DNA of 24,927 nt, taken from contig NW_021836233.1 of NCBI RefSeq assembly GCF_006345805.1, positions 1 to 24,927 on the forward strand, written 5' to 3'. A program made the translations under genes and the position numbers. The DNA comes from Octopus sinensis. Lineage: Eukaryota. Under the pieces are notes generated by a model. It was given only the letters and a program-made list of their open reading frames with translations, did no database searches and was not told where the DNA came from. This document shows positions 22,247 to 24,927 of the stretch, piece by piece. Position 1 is the stretch's first letter, and every line of letters starts with the position of its first letter.

Positions 22247-23521
22247 CATCATCACCATCTTTTAACATCCGCTTCCATGCTAGGGCCGGGAAGCCAGGAG
22301 GCTGCACCAGGCCCAGTCTGGTCCGGCAGGTGTTCTACGGCTGGAAGCCCTTCCTAATGCCGACCACTCTGTGAGTGTAGTGGGTGCTTTTTACGTGCCA
22401 CCGACACATGTGCCAGACGGGGCTGGCAAACGGCCACGCTCGGATGGTGATTTTCACGTGCCACTGGCAAGGAGGCCAGTCAGGGTGGCACTGGCTATGG
22501 TCAAGTTCGGATGGTACTCTTACGTGCCACCGGCACTGGTATCACAGCTACAAATTCCATTGATGTTGATTGATTTCGATTTTGATTTTCACTTGCCTCA
22601 ACAGGTCTTCGCAAGTAGAGTTTTGTGTCCCAAGAAGGAAAGGAATGCATAGGTGGACTGGCTACATCCCAGGTAGAGGCCACGGGTTATGGCCTCACTT
22701 GTCCTGCCGGGTCTTCTCACGCACAGCATACTTCCAAAGGTCTCGGTCTCTGATCATTTCCTCGGTGAGACCTAAAGATTGAAGGTTGTGCTTCACCACC
22801 TCGTCCCAGGTTTTCCTGGGTCTATATCTTCCACAGGTTCCCTCAACCGCCAGGGTGTGGCACTTTTTCACACAACTATCTTCATCCATTCTTGACACAT
22901 GACCATACCAGTGCAAACGCCTCTCTTGCACACCACAACTGATGCTTCTTAGGTCCAACTTTTCTCTCAAGGTACTTACACTCTGTCGGGTATGAACACT
23001 GACATTACACATCCATTGGAGCATACTGGCTTCATTTCTTGCGAGCTTACGCATATCCTCAGCTGTCACGGCCCAAGTTTCACTGCCATGTAGCATGGCT
23101 GTTTGTACACATGCGTCATACAGTCTGCCTTTTACTCTGAGCGAGAGGCCCTTTATCGCCAGCAGAGGTAAGAGCGCTCTGAACTTTGCCCAGGCTATTC
23201 TTTCTCTAGCAGTTACAATTTCAGCACACCCGCCCCTGCTACTGACTTGGTCACCTAGGTAACGGAAGGTATCAACTATTTCTAGTTTTTCCCCCTGGAA
23301 TGTGGCAGAAGATGGTCTCTGCGTATTTTCAGTGTTTATTGCTCCTGAGCATCTGCCACATACTAAAACTATCTTCCTAGTTAGCCTTCCTTTGACATTG
23401 CTGCACCTCTTATGTGTCCATAGCTTACACTTGGTGCATCTTATAGAGTTTCTACCTACGCCTTTTCTACAGATTGAGAAAAGCCGTCTATCTGAAGGCG
23501 TTTGTGATTTGTCTACCTTCC

Positions 23522-23524
<3 letters not shown>
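22247..23524 (-). mobile_element. 5'-truncated RTE-clade LINE (second family)
   Basis: Open frame 23522-22695; 3' UTR with three ~65-bp tandem units (acgtgccac) and a (GAT)n-like tail at 22247-22259; flanked by TA-rich microsatellite. Confidence 0.9.
22695..23522 (-). pseudogene. RTE reverse transcriptase C-terminal fragment with inserted PHD-like finger
   Basis: Uninterrupted 275-codon frame: SICRKGVGRNSIRCTKCKLWTHKRCS...VCGRC, then VDTFRYLGD, RIAWAKF, MLHGSETW, RRLHWYGHVSRM, RPRKTW. Confidence 0.88.
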
Positions 23525-23579
<55 letters not shown>

Positions 23580-23583
23580 GTAT

Positions 23584-23820
23584 AGTTACACATCGCTGGT
23601 CACAATGCGTTCGCATTGTTTTAGCCTTCAAATGACGCCACCCCGCTGGCTAAGCGAGCAGGCCGACAGAAGAAAGGGTGGTGAAAGAGTACAGCAGGGA
23701 TCACCACTCCCTGCCGGAGCCTCATGGAGCGTTTAGGTATTTTCGTTCAATAAACACTCACAACGCCCAGTCTGGGAATCAAACTGCGATCCTGCGACAA
23801 CTAGGCCATTGCGCCTCCAC
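23584..23820 (-). mobile_element. tRNA-derived SINE
   Basis: Minus strand gtggaggcgcaatggcctagt (A box)...gtttgattccc (B box), with a deletion in the head. Tail gcattgtgaccagcgatgtgtaac shared with 15139-15398. Confidence 0.72.
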
Positions 23821-23845
23821 CATATATATATATATATATATATAT

Positions 23846-24927
23846 TGTTGTGAATAGTTCAGTCTAAGGACAGTTGGCAGTGACCTACATTAGGATAAAC
23901 CCATTGTCCTGTCAGATTCAGGTGGATTGATCGGTTCGGCTACCCCTTTCGGGTGAATTAGAGGTCAGAGAGAAAGTGAAAGAGGAAGATAGAGTATAAA
24001 GGCTAAGAGCAGATAGAGAGGAAGAATCTAGCTGTCATGAAAGAGATAGAGTATAAGCAGTAGGGGACAGATTGAGAATAGAGATAGAGTAAGGAATCAG
24101 ATAGGAAATAGAAAGGCTATAAGTGGTAGACACAGAGGGAGATGAGGGAGTGGAAGCAAGGACAGAGACGAAGTGAGGTCTTGGCAGTCGCTGGCCGGTC
24201 CTCGAAGAAGACAGTCGGATTCTGGAAGTCAGAGCGAGTAGATGGAATCTTAGAGGCGTCGGAATTTTAGGAGCAAGTTGGATGCGAGAGAGCTTGGCGG
24301 CACAGAAGGGAATTAGCAGTATTCAGAGGAATTAGCAGTATTCAGAGATGAGCGCAGAATGGGACACTGGCGATTCAATTGGGAATTGAGGTATGTGATT
24401 GTGCATTGATACGTGTCACGGTGTATTGAACAGTGAAAAGAACAGTCAAGGGTTTGTCGATATGTCGATTATCGAGTTGTGGTATTTATGTTCAGAATTG
24501 TGTTGATGTGACGTTATCTGTGATGTTTAGAAAAGAGACTTTAAAAAAACTGTTGTCTTCGGACGTGAACTTTGAATTGTACCTTTGAAATACTGTATAT
24601 GACTTGTCGTGTCTTCGGACTGATATATTGTTACATGCATGTTGTTAAATGCTTTGATCTGTGGTATACCCGTATGATGGATTGATTTGTTGTTTGCCTT
24701 AAATGTATTTGATGTGTAGCAATTGATTGTCATATAAACTAGTCGCTGTTAAATATAAGCCAGTGTCTCTGTTGCCTTGCCTCTCTTTGGGTTGTATCTC
24801 TCGGGTTGTGCCTCTGTATCTCTGTGCTGCTGCGGTTGTGGTTGTTGTTGTATCTCTCCTCTCTCCTCTTTGGGTTCCGTGGCGAACTTGTGCCGTTCGG
24901 GCGAGCAACGACGGTTGATTCCGTAAC
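23846..24927. mobile_element. Possible LTR (solo or element end)
   Basis: Starts TGTTG right after (TA)n, non-coding with distinct composition, and the window ends in ...gtaac, compatible with a TG...CA LTR of about 1.1 kb. No internal domain visible. Confidence 0.35.

Overview
Eukaryotic, AT-rich, microsatellite- and transposon-dense genomic DNA. The mix of tRNA-SINEs, RTE LINEs and (TA)n/(CA)n tracts suggests a cephalopod (octopus-like) genome; this is inference. One host gene is visible: a minus-strand ankyrin-repeat gene with four phase-compatible coding exons (14053-13970, 10535-10381, 8125-7969, 7212-6857). Its fourth exon has an in-frame TAG inside an ankyrin repeat that otherwise continues to an intact splice donor. 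The rest is mostly mobile DNA: a near full-length frameshifted RTE LINE, a 5'-truncated RTE with a PHD-like finger inserted in its RT, CR1/L2-group and R4/Dong-like remnants, a mariner end, several SINEs and a possible LTR. There is also a Penelope-type minimal hammerhead ribozyme and six separate foldback (inverted-repeat) structures. All coordinates were counted by hand and boundaries of degenerate repeats are approximate.
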